Below are positions 41,000 through 50,206 of a stretch of DNA of 64,000 bases, one piece after another. The translations under genes and the position numbers were made by a program. Source of the stretch: an uncultured Planctomycetales bacterium. GTDB taxonomy: Bacteria > Omnitrophota > Gorgyraeia > Zapsychrales > GWA2-47-8. Each line of letters starts with the position of its first letter. Within the stretch, counting starts at the first letter, position 1. The notes under the pieces were generated by a model. It ran no database searches, had not been told where the DNA came from, and was given only the letters and a program-made list of their open reading frames with translations. Location: assembly GCA_964364715.1 (NCBI GenBank), contig CAYING010000003.1:3764-67763 (forward strand), in the 5' to 3' direction.

Positions 41000-41090
41000 C
41001 CCAATTTTCCTCTATATTATCCCAATTATCGTTAGATGAAATTGGGATAAGTACTTGTTACATCTAAAATTAGTCATGGAAAACAAGTAC
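40997..41090 (-). repeat. Double-hairpin leader element, copy 2 (no nested insert)
   Basis: Fills the ssb-pilZ spacer; its terminal CAT is the pilZ start codon. Confidence 0.9.
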
Positions 41091-41093
41091 CTT

Positions 41094-41540
41094 TTACTCG
41101 TCCCACGCCACTGCGGCTTCGGAGGAAGGTTCCGCGGCGGCCGGGGCTTCCGAGAACGCGGAACCGTTGCCTGAAGAACCGTTCCCTGAGGAAGCGTTGC
41201 CTGACGCATCATCTCTCTTGGCCGGCAGGAAATGAATATTGTTCGCTGAAATTCTGACACGGCTTTGGGTCTTGCCGTCTTTTTCCCAGCGGTCCTGCCG
41301 TAAACGCCCCTCGACGATGATGCCGCGGCCTTTGGCCAAATATTTGGCGCAATTCTCGGCGACGACACCCCAGACCTCGACGTCAAAATACGAGACCTCG
41401 GTGACTTTCTGCCCGTTACTGGTATACACCCGGTTGTTGGCGACCGACAGATTACAAACAGCCTTCCCTGACGCGATGTACTTCAATTCCGGATCCCTCG
41501 TAAGATTCCCCATAATTTGAACACTGTTCAGACTCATCAC
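41094..41540 (-). CDS. ssb: Single-stranded DNA-binding protein
   Basis: LNSVQIMGNLTRDPELKY and YLAKGR.IIVEGRL motifs; acidic tail WDE. Confidence 0.93.
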   Translation of the reverse strand: MMSLNSVQIMGNLTRDPELKYIASGKAVCNLSVANNRVYTSNGQKVTEVSYFDVEVWGVVAENCAKYLAKGRGIIVEGRLRQDRWEKDGKTQSRVRISANNIHFLPAKRDDASGNASSGNGSSGNGSAFSEAPAAAEPSSEAAVAWDE

Positions 41541-41551
41541 GTTCTCCTTAA

Positions 41552-41611
41552 TGACCCCGCCGCTTCGCAGAGGCGGGGGAATTACTCCCGCCGCTTTCGC
41601 TAGAGGCGGGA
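41552..41611. repeat. REP-like GC hairpin doublet
   Basis: gaccccgccgcttcgcagaggcgggggaatt...cccgcc...ggcggga; a closely similar doublet lies at 49771-49830. Confidence 0.7.
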
Positions 41612-41620
41612 CTTCCTTAT

Positions 41621-41803
41621 TTAGCCCCTTTTCCCCTTTTTAATATTTTTCTCAATTTCCGTGATTTTCTTTTTGGTCGATCTTTGTACATCACCGCTGT
41701 TGTCCTTTGCGGCCCCTTTACCGTGCTCCGGCAAGACCCCGCAATATTCACAGACGATCGAAAACTTATCGAGTTCTTTCTGGCATTCTGCACACTTTTT
41801 CAT
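41621..41803 (-). CDS. Small zinc-ribbon protein
   Basis: CAEC...CEYCG; RBS GGGG before the ATG. Confidence 0.6.
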   Translation of the reverse strand: MKKCAECQKELDKFSIVCEYCGVLPEHGKGAAKDNSGDVQRSTKKKITEIEKNIKKGKRG

Positions 41804-41806
41804 AAA

Positions 41807-42538
41807 CTACCCCTTTGTATTGATCACTGAGCCGGATAAAAGTTCCCGCACGCCGTTTTTGTCCTGCACATAAACCTCCGGAGGAAATTCGATCGATCTC
41901 GGGATCTGAGCGTCTAAAAGCTTTTTCAACCTCTCCTGCTGCAGCGCATCGTTCGGATCAAAAAGCGGCTGCTGGCTCAGATCATTCAATAATAGAATAG
42001 CAGGGTCATGGCTAAATTCAAAATCTTTAATTAGTCGTTTGACCAAAAGGTCCAGGAACGCCGGCTTGTCGCTGAACACTTCCATCGCCGCTTTAAATAC
42101 GATCTTGCCCCAATCCTCGTGCGCCATTTTCTGCAGAAGGCCGTAGACGGAAGAATATTTCACCAGCCGCACCTGGCCCGGCGCAAGTTTACGCGAGTGG
42201 TTGATGATCGTTTCGGAAAGTTCATTCGGATTAAAGGTCTTTATTTCATTATGGATATCGATCGTCAAAAGGTCGAAAACATAAATCCCGTGGACACCGA
42301 AGGCCGCCTGCGACACACTGCGCGCCAAAAGGTCCTCGAGCGCGCGCCAGATCACATCTTCGTCTTTGCGGATGACGTTCAAGGCCGAGACTTGGCATGG
42401 CTGGTCTTCACGCACCGCCTTAAATTTCCGCACCTTCCCATCCGCCATCCCTTCATAAAGAATATCGTCGAACAAAGGCATATGGGCGAACAGATTCGAA
42501 TGCTGTATGCCGCCGGTGATCAAATTATAAACAGCCAT
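41807..42538 (-). CDS. Hypothetical protein
   Basis: 243-aa ORF with RBS GAGG, in operon context. Confidence 0.7.
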   Translation of the reverse strand: MAVYNLITGGIQHSNLFAHMPLFDDILYEGMADGKVRKFKAVREDQPCQVSALNVIRKDEDVIWRALEDLLARSVSQAAFGVHGIYVFDLLTIDIHNEIKTFNPNELSETIINHSRKLAPGQVRLVKYSSVYGLLQKMAHEDWGKIVFKAAMEVFSDKPAFLDLLVKRLIKDFEFSHDPAILLLNDLSQQPLFDPNDALQQERLKKLLDAQIPRSIEFPPEVYVQDKNGVRELLSGSVINTKG

Positions 42539-42562
42539 CGATATAATTAACCTCGCAAAATC

Positions 42563-44236
42563 TTAACGCATCAGCGCCAGCACCATCGCCTGCGCCGCCA
42601 CGACCCTCAACAGTATGACCAAAGGATAGACCGTTGAATACGCGACCGAGACCGCGTTGGTCTTCACCTGCGCGTTAGCAAAAGCCAAGGCCGGCGGATC
42701 GGTCATCGCCCCGGCGAGCAGGCCGCAAATTTTCAGGTAATTGATTTTCCCAAAACGCCACGCGATCAAACCGACGATCAAAAGCGGCAAAAGCGTGATG
42801 GCTGATGCCAGCGCCATCCAATAAATCCCCTGCCCGGTCAAAAGTGTCGCAATAAATTGATCGCCGGAACGCAAGCCCACGCACGCCAAGAATAACGCGA
42901 TGCCCACTTCCCTCAACATATAATTGGCGCCCATCGGCATATACCAGATCAATCCGGCCCAATGCCCCAAGCGGCTTAAAATGATCGCCGCTAAAAGCGG
43001 ACCACCGGCCAGCCCCAATTTGACCGGCGAAGGGATCCCCGGCAATTGGATCGGCCAGCTGCCGATGATGATCCCCAACACAATACCCACAAAAAGAGAC
43101 ATCAAATGCGGAACGTCCAGATCCTGGCGCGAATCGCCCAAGACCGACGCCAGCCGGCGCATGGAATCCTCTTGCCCGACGATCGTCAAGACATCCGCAT
43201 ATTGAATTTTCAACTCCGGATCCGCGGGGAACTCAACGCCGGCACGGTTGACCCGCGTGACCGTCAGATCAGACATACTCATCAATAAAACTTCTCCAAT
43301 CGTTTTACCGACCATCAGGGGCTTGCTCACCAGGATCGTCCGCGCGATTAAATCCGACGAAACATCCGTCGACAAATTAATAGCGCTTTGACTCCCGATG
43401 ATCAACACAGCTTCTTTCAATTTATCTTTAGGGCCGACAAGATGAATAATATCCCCGATGTGGATGGCACTCTCGGGTTTTGCCACAGAGATTTCCTCAT
43501 GATGTAAAATGCGCGAGGCGACCACGCCAAACTTCGACAAAAGAGGGATGTCCTTGAACGCTATTCCGTGAAGATTCTTATTTTCAACATTCACATCGAC
43601 CGCGAACAAACGGCCGGCATGAACGGGATGTTCTTTTTCAAATGCCTGCACCTGCTGTGTGACATCGATCTTAAAAAACTTACGGATCAAGACCATCGTC
43701 AAAATGATCCCGATGATGCCGAAGGGATACGCCATCGCATAAGCGAGGCCCGGAAGTTTCTGCATATCGGGATCCGTCTGAGGGAGGAGTTGAAGCGCCT
43801 CCTGCGCCGCCGCAAGGCTGGGAGTGTTGGTCGTCCCTCCGGAGAAAAGCCCCACTGCCGTTGGAAGCGGCACCAGGCCGGTGATGACATATAAGACCGT
43901 TATCCCCGCCCCCATCAAAACGATCGAGGCCGCCAGGATATTGAGCGTCAGGCCTTCTTTCTTCATAGAAGAAAAAAATCCAGGACCGACCTGCATCCCG
44001 ATCGTGAAGACAAAGAGGACCAGCCCAAACTCGCGGATAAATTCCAATAAATGCGGATCAATGGACAGCCGAAGGTGGCCGAACAAAAGCCCGGCAAAAA
44101 GAACACCGGCCACACCGAGCTTAATCCCCCAAACCCTGATATTGCCGATGGCAATCCCGCCCGCGATCACCAAGCTGAGGATGAACACAGCGTGCGCGGA
44201 GGAAGTGCCGGTTAAAAGATTCGTTAAAAATTCCAT
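42563..44236 (-). CDS. AspT/YidE/YbjL-family transporter with two TrkA-C domains
   Basis: LGVAGVLFAG, GLVLFVFTIG.QVGPGF, TNTPSL, LGLAGGPL and TDPPALAFA motifs. Confidence 0.92.
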   Translation of the reverse strand: MEFLTNLLTGTSSAHAVFILSLVIAGGIAIGNIRVWGIKLGVAGVLFAGLLFGHLRLSIDPHLLEFIREFGLVLFVFTIGMQVGPGFFSSMKKEGLTLNILAASIVLMGAGITVLYVITGLVPLPTAVGLFSGGTTNTPSLAAAQEALQLLPQTDPDMQKLPGLAYAMAYPFGIIGIILTMVLIRKFFKIDVTQQVQAFEKEHPVHAGRLFAVDVNVENKNLHGIAFKDIPLLSKFGVVASRILHHEEISVAKPESAIHIGDIIHLVGPKDKLKEAVLIIGSQSAINLSTDVSSDLIARTILVSKPLMVGKTIGEVLLMSMSDLTVTRVNRAGVEFPADPELKIQYADVLTIVGQEDSMRRLASVLGDSRQDLDVPHLMSLFVGIVLGIIIGSWPIQLPGIPSPVKLGLAGGPLLAAIILSRLGHWAGLIWYMPMGANYMLREVGIALFLACVGLRSGDQFIATLLTGQGIYWMALASAITLLPLLIVGLIAWRFGKINYLKICGLLAGAMTDPPALAFANAQVKTNAVSVAYSTVYPLVILLRVVAAQAMVLALMR

Positions 44237-44263
44237 ACAATGATTATAACAGATTTTCAGTTT

Positions 44264-44764
44264 TCAATAATATTTCACCCTGCCCTCGGGCTCATTCCAG
44301 CGGAGGGTCTTGACCTCATCCCTCGGGATATACACATCGCCCTCGCCGCTGACATACCAGTCCTGAAAATGTTCCGGATAGACCGCGATGTCGACCAAGG
44401 GCAGAGAGATCATATCCTTGGACATCCGGTCCAATTGTTTTTGAAAGTTGGCGACGTCCCGTTCTTCTTTGACGAACACAAAATGCGCCTGACGGTATTT
44501 TTTAAAAAGCTTCTCGATCTTGCTGATCGAGACATTCCCGACCTCGGACCAAAACAGCATCGTGCCGTCGTAACCTTCCGCGCTCAAATCCGGCTGGAAG
44601 CGGTCCTCGATCTTCGCCTCCACCCGGATCGTCGGGTATTCCTTATGGTACAGCGCGAAGACGAGCGCTTTGGCATGGGGATGGAATTCCGATTCATAGG
44701 AGAGCTTGCTGATGATGATCTTCTTATCCTTGAAACGGAACGTATATTTCCGATTATGTTCCAT
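44264..44764 (-). CDS. YaeQ-like PD-(D/E)XK-fold protein
   Basis: ES..H...KAL and PDL........FWSEVG....KIEK patterns. Confidence 0.5.
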   Translation of the reverse strand: MEHNRKYTFRFKDKKIIISKLSYESEFHPHAKALVFALYHKEYPTIRVEAKIEDRFQPDLSAEGYDGTMLFWSEVGNVSISKIEKLFKKYRQAHFVFVKEERDVANFQKQLDRMSKDMISLPLVDIAVYPEHFQDWYVSGEGDVYIPRDEVKTLRWNEPEGRVKYY

Positions 44765-44931
44765 ATTAATGACTTTGAAAAGCATTGTACACGGCACCAA
44801 AACCTTAAGCAATCCCAATTTTCCCCAATTTTCCCTGAACAAAATTATAATATTAGAAGTAATTGGGATTAGCTCTGATTTCCTCTAATAATGTCTATTG
44901 AGGAATAATCAGGCAAGGTTTACATTACAGT

Positions 44932-45633
44932 TTACATCTCGCCTTTCTCCGCGAAGGAATAAAATTCGCCGTCCCCGACAATGATATGGTCCATCACCTT
45001 GATCCCGAGGGTGATCCCGGCATCGACCAGTTTCCGCGTGAAAGCCCGGTCTTCGGCGCTCGGCAAGGCTTTTCCCGACGGATGATTGTGCGCGCAGATA
45101 ATCGACACGCTGAAATTCTGCAAAGCCTTCTGAAAGATCTCGCGGATGACCGGCGAGGCGTAATTGACCGTGCCTTCATCCTCTTCCTCGATCGAGATCA
45201 AACGGTTCTGGCTGTCGAGGTGGGCAGTTTTAAAGACTTCTTTTTTAAGGTCGCGCATCCGCGGCATCAAGATCGCCGCCAGATCCTGCGCGCATTTGAT
45301 CGCCGGGCGCTCTTCGCGCGCTTCATCTTCTCGAAAGCGCCGCGCGATCTCAAGCGCCGCTTTGATCTGCGCGAGTTTCGCCGGGCCAAGCCCTTTGAAA
45401 TCTTCCCAATCCCGGCTGTCGGTGTGGCTCATATTACGGAAAGTTTTAAACTTCGCTAATAATTTTCGCGCCAGGTCGATCGCGTTTTCACCTTTGGTGC
45501 CGGTCCGCAAAAGGATCGCCAGCAATTCGGAATTGCTCAAATGATGTTCGCCGTATTTGGCCAAACGTTCACGCGGACGGTCCTCGGCGGGCCAAGAACA
45601 GATGGATGAATTGTATTCTGTGGAATGTGACAT
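44932..45633 (-). CDS. radC: RadC-family JAB-domain protein
   Basis: RPRERL, ELLAILLRTG and HNHPSG...PS.ED...DHIIVG motifs. Confidence 0.95.
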   Translation of the reverse strand: MSHSTEYNSSICSWPAEDRPRERLAKYGEHHLSNSELLAILLRTGTKGENAIDLARKLLAKFKTFRNMSHTDSRDWEDFKGLGPAKLAQIKAALEIARRFREDEAREERPAIKCAQDLAAILMPRMRDLKKEVFKTAHLDSQNRLISIEEEDEGTVNYASPVIREIFQKALQNFSVSIICAHNHPSGKALPSAEDRAFTRKLVDAGITLGIKVMDHIIVGDGEFYSFAEKGEM

Positions 45634-45789
45634 GAAGTTCCCTTTCTGTGGAAGTCCCGCTGGCGCGGGCCATTTGGCCCCGCTGCATTCTTGCTGAATG
45701 CAAGAAGCGGGGCTAATTCGCCCAACAAACTTATGTCATCAAAATCATTCCATAAGTTTGGGGCTCATTAGGGGAACCGAGGAAGGACA

Positions 45790-45824
45790 AAAAAGGCCTG
45801 TCCGTCTAGAGAGGACAGGCCTTT
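45790..45824. terminator. Intrinsic terminator
   Basis: Inverted repeat aaaggcctgtcc/ggacaggccttt with a minus-strand T-tract, right after the stop at 45829. Confidence 0.75.
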
Positions 45825-45828
45825 GATT

Positions 45829-47169
45829 CTAAAGCCAAAAGAAATTTAAATCAATAAAATCACCATTATGCTGATTAAATACAGCACCGGGGACCCAATT
45901 ATTGCCAACTAAATTAAATAATTTAAGCTGTATAACGGTCAGAATGCCATATATTGGATGATTAATCCTATCACGATCCGTATATCCAATGACTAAGGAA
46001 GGCAATGTACCGTTTGTCGGTCGAGAGGTTTCGGTAATTCCTACATTCCGAAAACTACTGTATGGAGAAGTGTGCGCAGCCAAAGTTTGCGAATTCACCT
46101 GCCCCTGGGAGTAAGTATAAAGTTGAAGATCCTGTGCGACGGAGGGAAATCCGGAGTAAGGTCCTTCAAGTGTCGGTATATAAATTGTGGCCGTTGAAGG
46201 ATCATATCCCAAAGCACAGGCAAAACCCGTGGGAGAAAGACTAACCGGCGCTCCCCATTGCTGTCCATTCCATGCTCTGAATCCAATACCGATAAAACTA
46301 TTAGGAGTAGAATTGTAAGTCATAAATTTTATCGGATTAAAAGGAGATGGAACAATGTACGTTTTTCGTTCCGCCCCGCCAGGGCCTATTAGCGTAGGAT
46401 TAATCGCCATCGTATTCATTCCTGAGTATACAAAATTGCCGTTGATTTCCTGGAATTCCGCCTCCTCATAGTTTCCGTTACCTACAAGCACCACATTCTC
46501 AATATAATACGCTAACCATACCTTGCCGGAGACACTATCCTTTTCTATTTGAAACTTCTTTAATACAGGCACAAAAAGAAATCCAGAATATGGTATTGTT
46601 GTTACTAATTGGATATTATTAAATGTTGCCGCGGTGGCTGCTTTTTTTCCTAAAAAAATATTGATCAATCTCAGTATATTATCATACTGAGCTATAGCGA
46701 TATAAGCTTCGCCCGTTGGAGACATATCCAAGCTGACGGACAAAAAATCAGCAACATTTATGTTGCCCGGCAATGAGATATTTTGATGGACTGCCTGGTT
46801 CGCTCCCTTAGGGATCATAAAATACTTTAAATATTTAAGATTCGCGGGATTTGGCCAAGGCGCTAGTTGCAAAACCGTTCCTTCAATATTGCCAGTAACC
46901 GGGTTAGATTTCGCAGTGAGGTTGGATAGCGGGAGGTAAAGGCCGAGCGATAGCATCGTTGAAGTATAAGTTGATGCAGCAGAATCAATGCGATGATACA
47001 TAAGGTATGGATTCCAAGATCCAGTTCCGGCGATAGATATGAGTCCTAAATCTGCCGGAGGGATGAGTGGGTCACGGGAACGCGCAAAAGCCGGCGAAAC
47101 AGTACTCAAAACCAGGATTATAGCTTGGACAACTAATACATATCTGAACATCGGTGATCTTCGTTTCAT
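45829..47169 (-). CDS. Secreted beta-rich hypothetical protein (possible beta-propeller)
   Basis: Signal peptide ending AFA; rich in Asn/Pro/aromatic residues; visibly AT-richer codons. Confidence 0.65.
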   Translation of the reverse strand: MKRRSPMFRYVLVVQAIILVLSTVSPAFARSRDPLIPPADLGLISIAGTGSWNPYLMYHRIDSAASTYTSTMLSLGLYLPLSNLTAKSNPVTGNIEGTVLQLAPWPNPANLKYLKYFMIPKGANQAVHQNISLPGNINVADFLSVSLDMSPTGEAYIAIAQYDNILRLINIFLGKKAATAATFNNIQLVTTIPYSGFLFVPVLKKFQIEKDSVSGKVWLAYYIENVVLVGNGNYEEAEFQEINGNFVYSGMNTMAINPTLIGPGGAERKTYIVPSPFNPIKFMTYNSTPNSFIGIGFRAWNGQQWGAPVSLSPTGFACALGYDPSTATIYIPTLEGPYSGFPSVAQDLQLYTYSQGQVNSQTLAAHTSPYSSFRNVGITETSRPTNGTLPSLVIGYTDRDRINHPIYGILTVIQLKLFNLVGNNWVPGAVFNQHNGDFIDLNFFWL

Positions 47170-47274
47170 TTCTTGCCTCCGTTTAAAGATTATAGAAATT
47201 TACCTTAAAAATACTCTGACTGGAAATATATAACATATAATCTCCTAAAAGGCAAAAATACTTTCTAACGGGCT

Positions 47275-48045
47275 TTACACCAAGCCTAAGGCTAAAAGAA
47301 GGGCGATCACAGCCAGCATGGCCGAGACAATTTTCTGTACGGCCGCCATCGTGATCTTTTTCAAAAGGCGTGTTCCGGCAAAAACCCCGGTGAACGCGGC
47401 CAGTGTTGCAGAGAGCAGCAATAATTTATTCTCTCCGACGCTGGAAGATAAATGCCCGGAGTAGACAAAGATCCGGCTCACATCGACCAAACAGGCGATC
47501 ACCACACCGGTTGCGATAAAACTTTCCTTGCTCAAATTGCACCGGACCAAAAACGCCGCGCGTAGCGCCCCTTGATGCCCGGAAAGCCCGCCCAAGAATC
47601 CACTCACCGCACCACCCACCGGTAAAAATTTTAATGGAAAAGAAATTTTAGAAAACGCCGGGCTCATTTCGAGGACTAAAAAAAGAATGATCAGAGCCGC
47701 GACCGCCAATTTTATAAACGTCACTTCGAATATCCGTCCACCCAAACTGTACGACAGAACCGGCGTTACGCTTTCCAATAAAAATAATATTTTGGCCCCC
47801 AAAAATGCCGCCGCAAAAGCCGAGGCGCCAAATCTTAAAACCACGTCCCGGCGCGCGGATCTTCCCAGTAAAATTAATTTAAAGAAATTATTCGCGAAAT
47901 GAACAACCGCGGTCAACGCGATCGCCGTGTCGAGCGGAAAAAAAATTGCCATGGCCGGCATGAGGATCGTTCCCAGGCCGAACCCGGAAAACAGCGTCAA
48001 AAGCGATGCCCCTAACGCGACGAGGCAGATAAAAAAAACTTCCAT
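47275..48045 (-). CDS. TauE/SafE (TSUP) family transporter
   Basis: SGFGLGT and SGFLGGLSGHQG motifs; about 8 TM helices. Confidence 0.88.
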   Translation of the reverse strand: MEVFFICLVALGASLLTLFSGFGLGTILMPAMAIFFPLDTAIALTAVVHFANNFFKLILLGRSARRDVVLRFGASAFAAAFLGAKILFLLESVTPVLSYSLGGRIFEVTFIKLAVAALIILFLVLEMSPAFSKISFPLKFLPVGGAVSGFLGGLSGHQGALRAAFLVRCNLSKESFIATGVVIACLVDVSRIFVYSGHLSSSVGENKLLLLSATLAAFTGVFAGTRLLKKITMAAVQKIVSAMLAVIALLLALGLV

Positions 48046-48269
48046 CCCAATTTTCCTTTATAATCCCAAATTATCATATAGATGAAATTGGGATAAGTAC
48101 CTGCCTACCGGCAGGCAGGCTTGTTACATCTAATGCTATTTTAGGGAGAACAAGTACATCCCAATTTTCCTTTATTAATCCCATTTATCGTATAGATGAA
48201 ATTGGGATAAGTACCTGCCTACCGGCAGGCAGGCTTGTTACATCTAATATTTTTAGGGAAAACAAGTAC
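48043..48269 (-). repeat. Double-hairpin leader element, tandem copies 3 and 4, each with nested CCTGCCTACCGGCAGGCAGG
   Basis: Units 48043-48157 and 48157-48269 join at CAT; the left CAT is the tauE start codon. Confidence 0.92.
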
Positions 48270-48279
48270 ATAAAAAAAC

Positions 48280-49197
48280 CTACGTTTTCTTGCTTTTCCA
48301 GCGACGGTGCAGCCATCCGCCCCATTCCGCGGGATAACGGCGGACATAACTTTCGATCACCTTCGAAAGCTGCGCAACATTACGTGTCGTATCTTCTTCG
48401 CTTCCCTGCGTCGCTTCCAGGACGACCGGCGGGTCGATGTGGATCTTAAAATGGTCTTTGCCGTCGCGGGTGATAAAGGTCGGTAAGATCGGCGAGCCCA
48501 ATCGCTGCGAAAAGATCACCGGGCCGGTTCCCGTCGCGGCCGGCTGTCCGAAAAAATCCACGAACACACGCCCGTCATCGCCGTAATTCTGGTCGAGCAG
48601 GATAAAAAGGGCCTCATTCGCTCTCAAACTCTTCAACGAGTTCACAATACATTCTCGGTGCGGCAAAGAATGGATCGTATGGATCCCGTTTTTAGCACGA
48701 AGGTTAAAAGTATATTTTTCAAACTCCGGGTCCCGCATCCGCCGCATAATGCAGTTGATTTTATACCCTTCCGCGGCGAGCCGCATCATCATCAGAACAA
48801 AATTCCCGAAATGGGCGCTCAACAAGACCACGCCGTTGCCTTTTGCTAAAGCCGCATCAAGGTTTTCCTTCCCTTGAATAGTGACTTTCTTGATGACTTC
48901 CTTTGGTTTATCCAAAAAATAGACAAGCTCGATCATCCCCAGACCGAAATTATCAAAGGCCTTTTGCGCCAGCTCACGGATCTCTTGCTCCGACTTCTCC
49001 TTACCGAAGGCCATCCGCAAATTTTCCAAGGTTAAACGTTTCTTGCTCTGCAGGGCCAGTTGACCGATCGCGATAAAGACAAAGGCCATGGCCTTATAGA
49101 CCGGGTACGGCAGACGGCGGATAATAAAATGCGCGGTCTTAAGCGCCTTGCGGCCCAGCGAACGCGAGAACCTTGCCTGAAATGAATCTGAACTCAT
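48280..49197 (-). CDS. Lipid A late acyltransferase family (LpxL/HtrB-like)
   Basis: NLRMAF, SAHFGN, DQ....G.VFVDFFG and W.HRRWK motifs. Confidence 0.88.
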   Translation of the reverse strand: MSSDSFQARFSRSLGRKALKTAHFIIRRLPYPVYKAMAFVFIAIGQLALQSKKRLTLENLRMAFGKEKSEQEIRELAQKAFDNFGLGMIELVYFLDKPKEVIKKVTIQGKENLDAALAKGNGVVLLSAHFGNFVLMMMRLAAEGYKINCIMRRMRDPEFEKYTFNLRAKNGIHTIHSLPHRECIVNSLKSLRANEALFILLDQNYGDDGRVFVDFFGQPAATGTGPVIFSQRLGSPILPTFITRDGKDHFKIHIDPPVVLEATQGSEEDTTRNVAQLSKVIESYVRRYPAEWGGWLHRRWKSKKT

Positions 49198-49249
49198 AAA
49201 AATTTCCCCTTGATAAATATTTCTCAAAAATGTGCCAACATTGTAGCAC

Positions 49250-49286
49250 AAAAAAGAGGACAGCTCACCAAGAACTGTCCTCTTTC
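49250..49286 (-). terminator. Intrinsic terminator
   Basis: Inverted repeat aaagaggacag/ctgtcctcttt with a minus-strand T-tract. Confidence 0.65.
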
Positions 49287-49457
49287 AGGTACGCATATGA
49301 GGCATAATGCTGATTCCTCCTCGACCTTTCGTCAATGATCATTCACTCTATTCCAGCAGAGAAGAAAGGTCGTTATATTGACGACCTCTGATCATTTAGA
49401 AAAGTCAATCCTGATTTCCTCTAAATAATTTATTAAGGAAAATCATGGATCAATAGT

Positions 49458-49700
49458 TTAAAAACGCCGACGAGCATTATTTTGATTTGCCTCATTGCCG
49501 TTGCCTTTCAGCCGGCGGATGTACGACGCAAGCACCGTGCTGATCTCGGTCTGTCCGACGCCGAGCTCTTTAGCCGAGCCGATCAGTTCAGTGCACTCTT
49601 CGTAACGCTCCGCTGCCAAGGCCTCCTGCAGATACAAGAGGGCCGTGACTTGAAGCGCGTTTTCCGCCGTCTGATTGTTTTGCACCATTACATTACGCAT
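49458..49700 (-). CDS. Small helical hypothetical protein
   Basis: Strong RBS AAGGAGGTGA before the ATG at 49700. Confidence 0.65.
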   Translation of the reverse strand: MRNVMVQNNQTAENALQVTALLYLQEALAAERYEECTELIGSAKELGVGQTEISTVLASYIRRLKGNGNEANQNNARRRF

Positions 49701-49913
49701 TTTTTTCACCTCCTTTCAATGAGCGCTTGACTTACGGAAGCTTTAGCGACGTAAGTCAATTGCGCGAATTGACCCCGCCGGCTTCGCAGAGGCGGGGGAA
49801 TTGATCCCGCCTCTTGCGAAGCGGCGGGATGTTTTCCGGCAGTAATTTACGTTTCCGCCTGATGCGGATCCGCCTCAGGCGGACATTGCATTCCGTAAAT
49901 TACGCCGTCAAAC

Positions 49914-49953
49914 AAAAACCCCCGCTCCTTGTTTCGCAAGAAGCGGGGGTTTC
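49914..49953 (-). terminator. Terminator-like hairpin following a short leader ORF
   Basis: Minus strand reads AAACCCCGCTTCTTGCGAAACAAGGAGCGGGGGTTTTTG. Confidence 0.6.
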
Positions 49954-49978
49954 AAAATTCAGAATCTGTTCTGTTTAT

Positions 49979-50083
49979 TTACCTAACGAATCCGGAAACA
50001 CCCCTTCCCGCGCGCTTTCTCCAAACCGGGAAAAGCATAATGGTGCAGGTCGCGCAGTGTTTATGATTCGTTAATTTTTGCAT
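49979..50083 (-). CDS. Putative 34-aa leader peptide
   Basis: MQKLTNHKHCATCTIMLFPVWRKRAGRGVSGFVR*, between a consensus promoter and a terminator. Confidence 0.4.
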   Translation of the reverse strand: MQKLTNHKHCATCTIMLFPVWRKRAGRGVSGFVR

Positions 50084-50137
50084 TTGATCTTCCCTGCCCC
50101 GCCACAGGCGGGGCTTAATGTTCTTAACAGCGTTTAA

Positions 50138-50166
50138 AATATACCACGGTCGACCAACCCTGTCAA
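50138..50166 (-). promoter_or_regulatory. Sigma70 promoter
   Basis: TTGACA-17 nt-TATATT. Confidence 0.78.
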
Positions 50167-50170
50167 CGGC

Positions 50171-50206
50171 TGAAATTGAACGTGAAATTGAACGTGAAAT
50201 TGAACA
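50171..50206. repeat. 12-bp tandem repeat, three copies (TGAAATTGAACG)
   Basis: Read directly; lies between divergent promoters. Confidence 0.85.

Noticed and set aside
40997-41090. Integron attC site (GTTAGAT core)
   Set aside because: Core order is reversed relative to RYYYAAC...GTTRRRY, GTT is not conserved in the other copies, and there is no integrase
44932-45633. radC as a marker of a prophage or ICE
   Set aside because: It is the full-length chromosomal form, and no integrase, conjugation or phage genes are nearby
48043-48269. CRISPR array; AATTT...TAGAT resembles a Cas12a repeat
   Set aside because: Units are about 114 bp and conserved throughout, with no unique spacers and no cas genes; the resemblance is superficial
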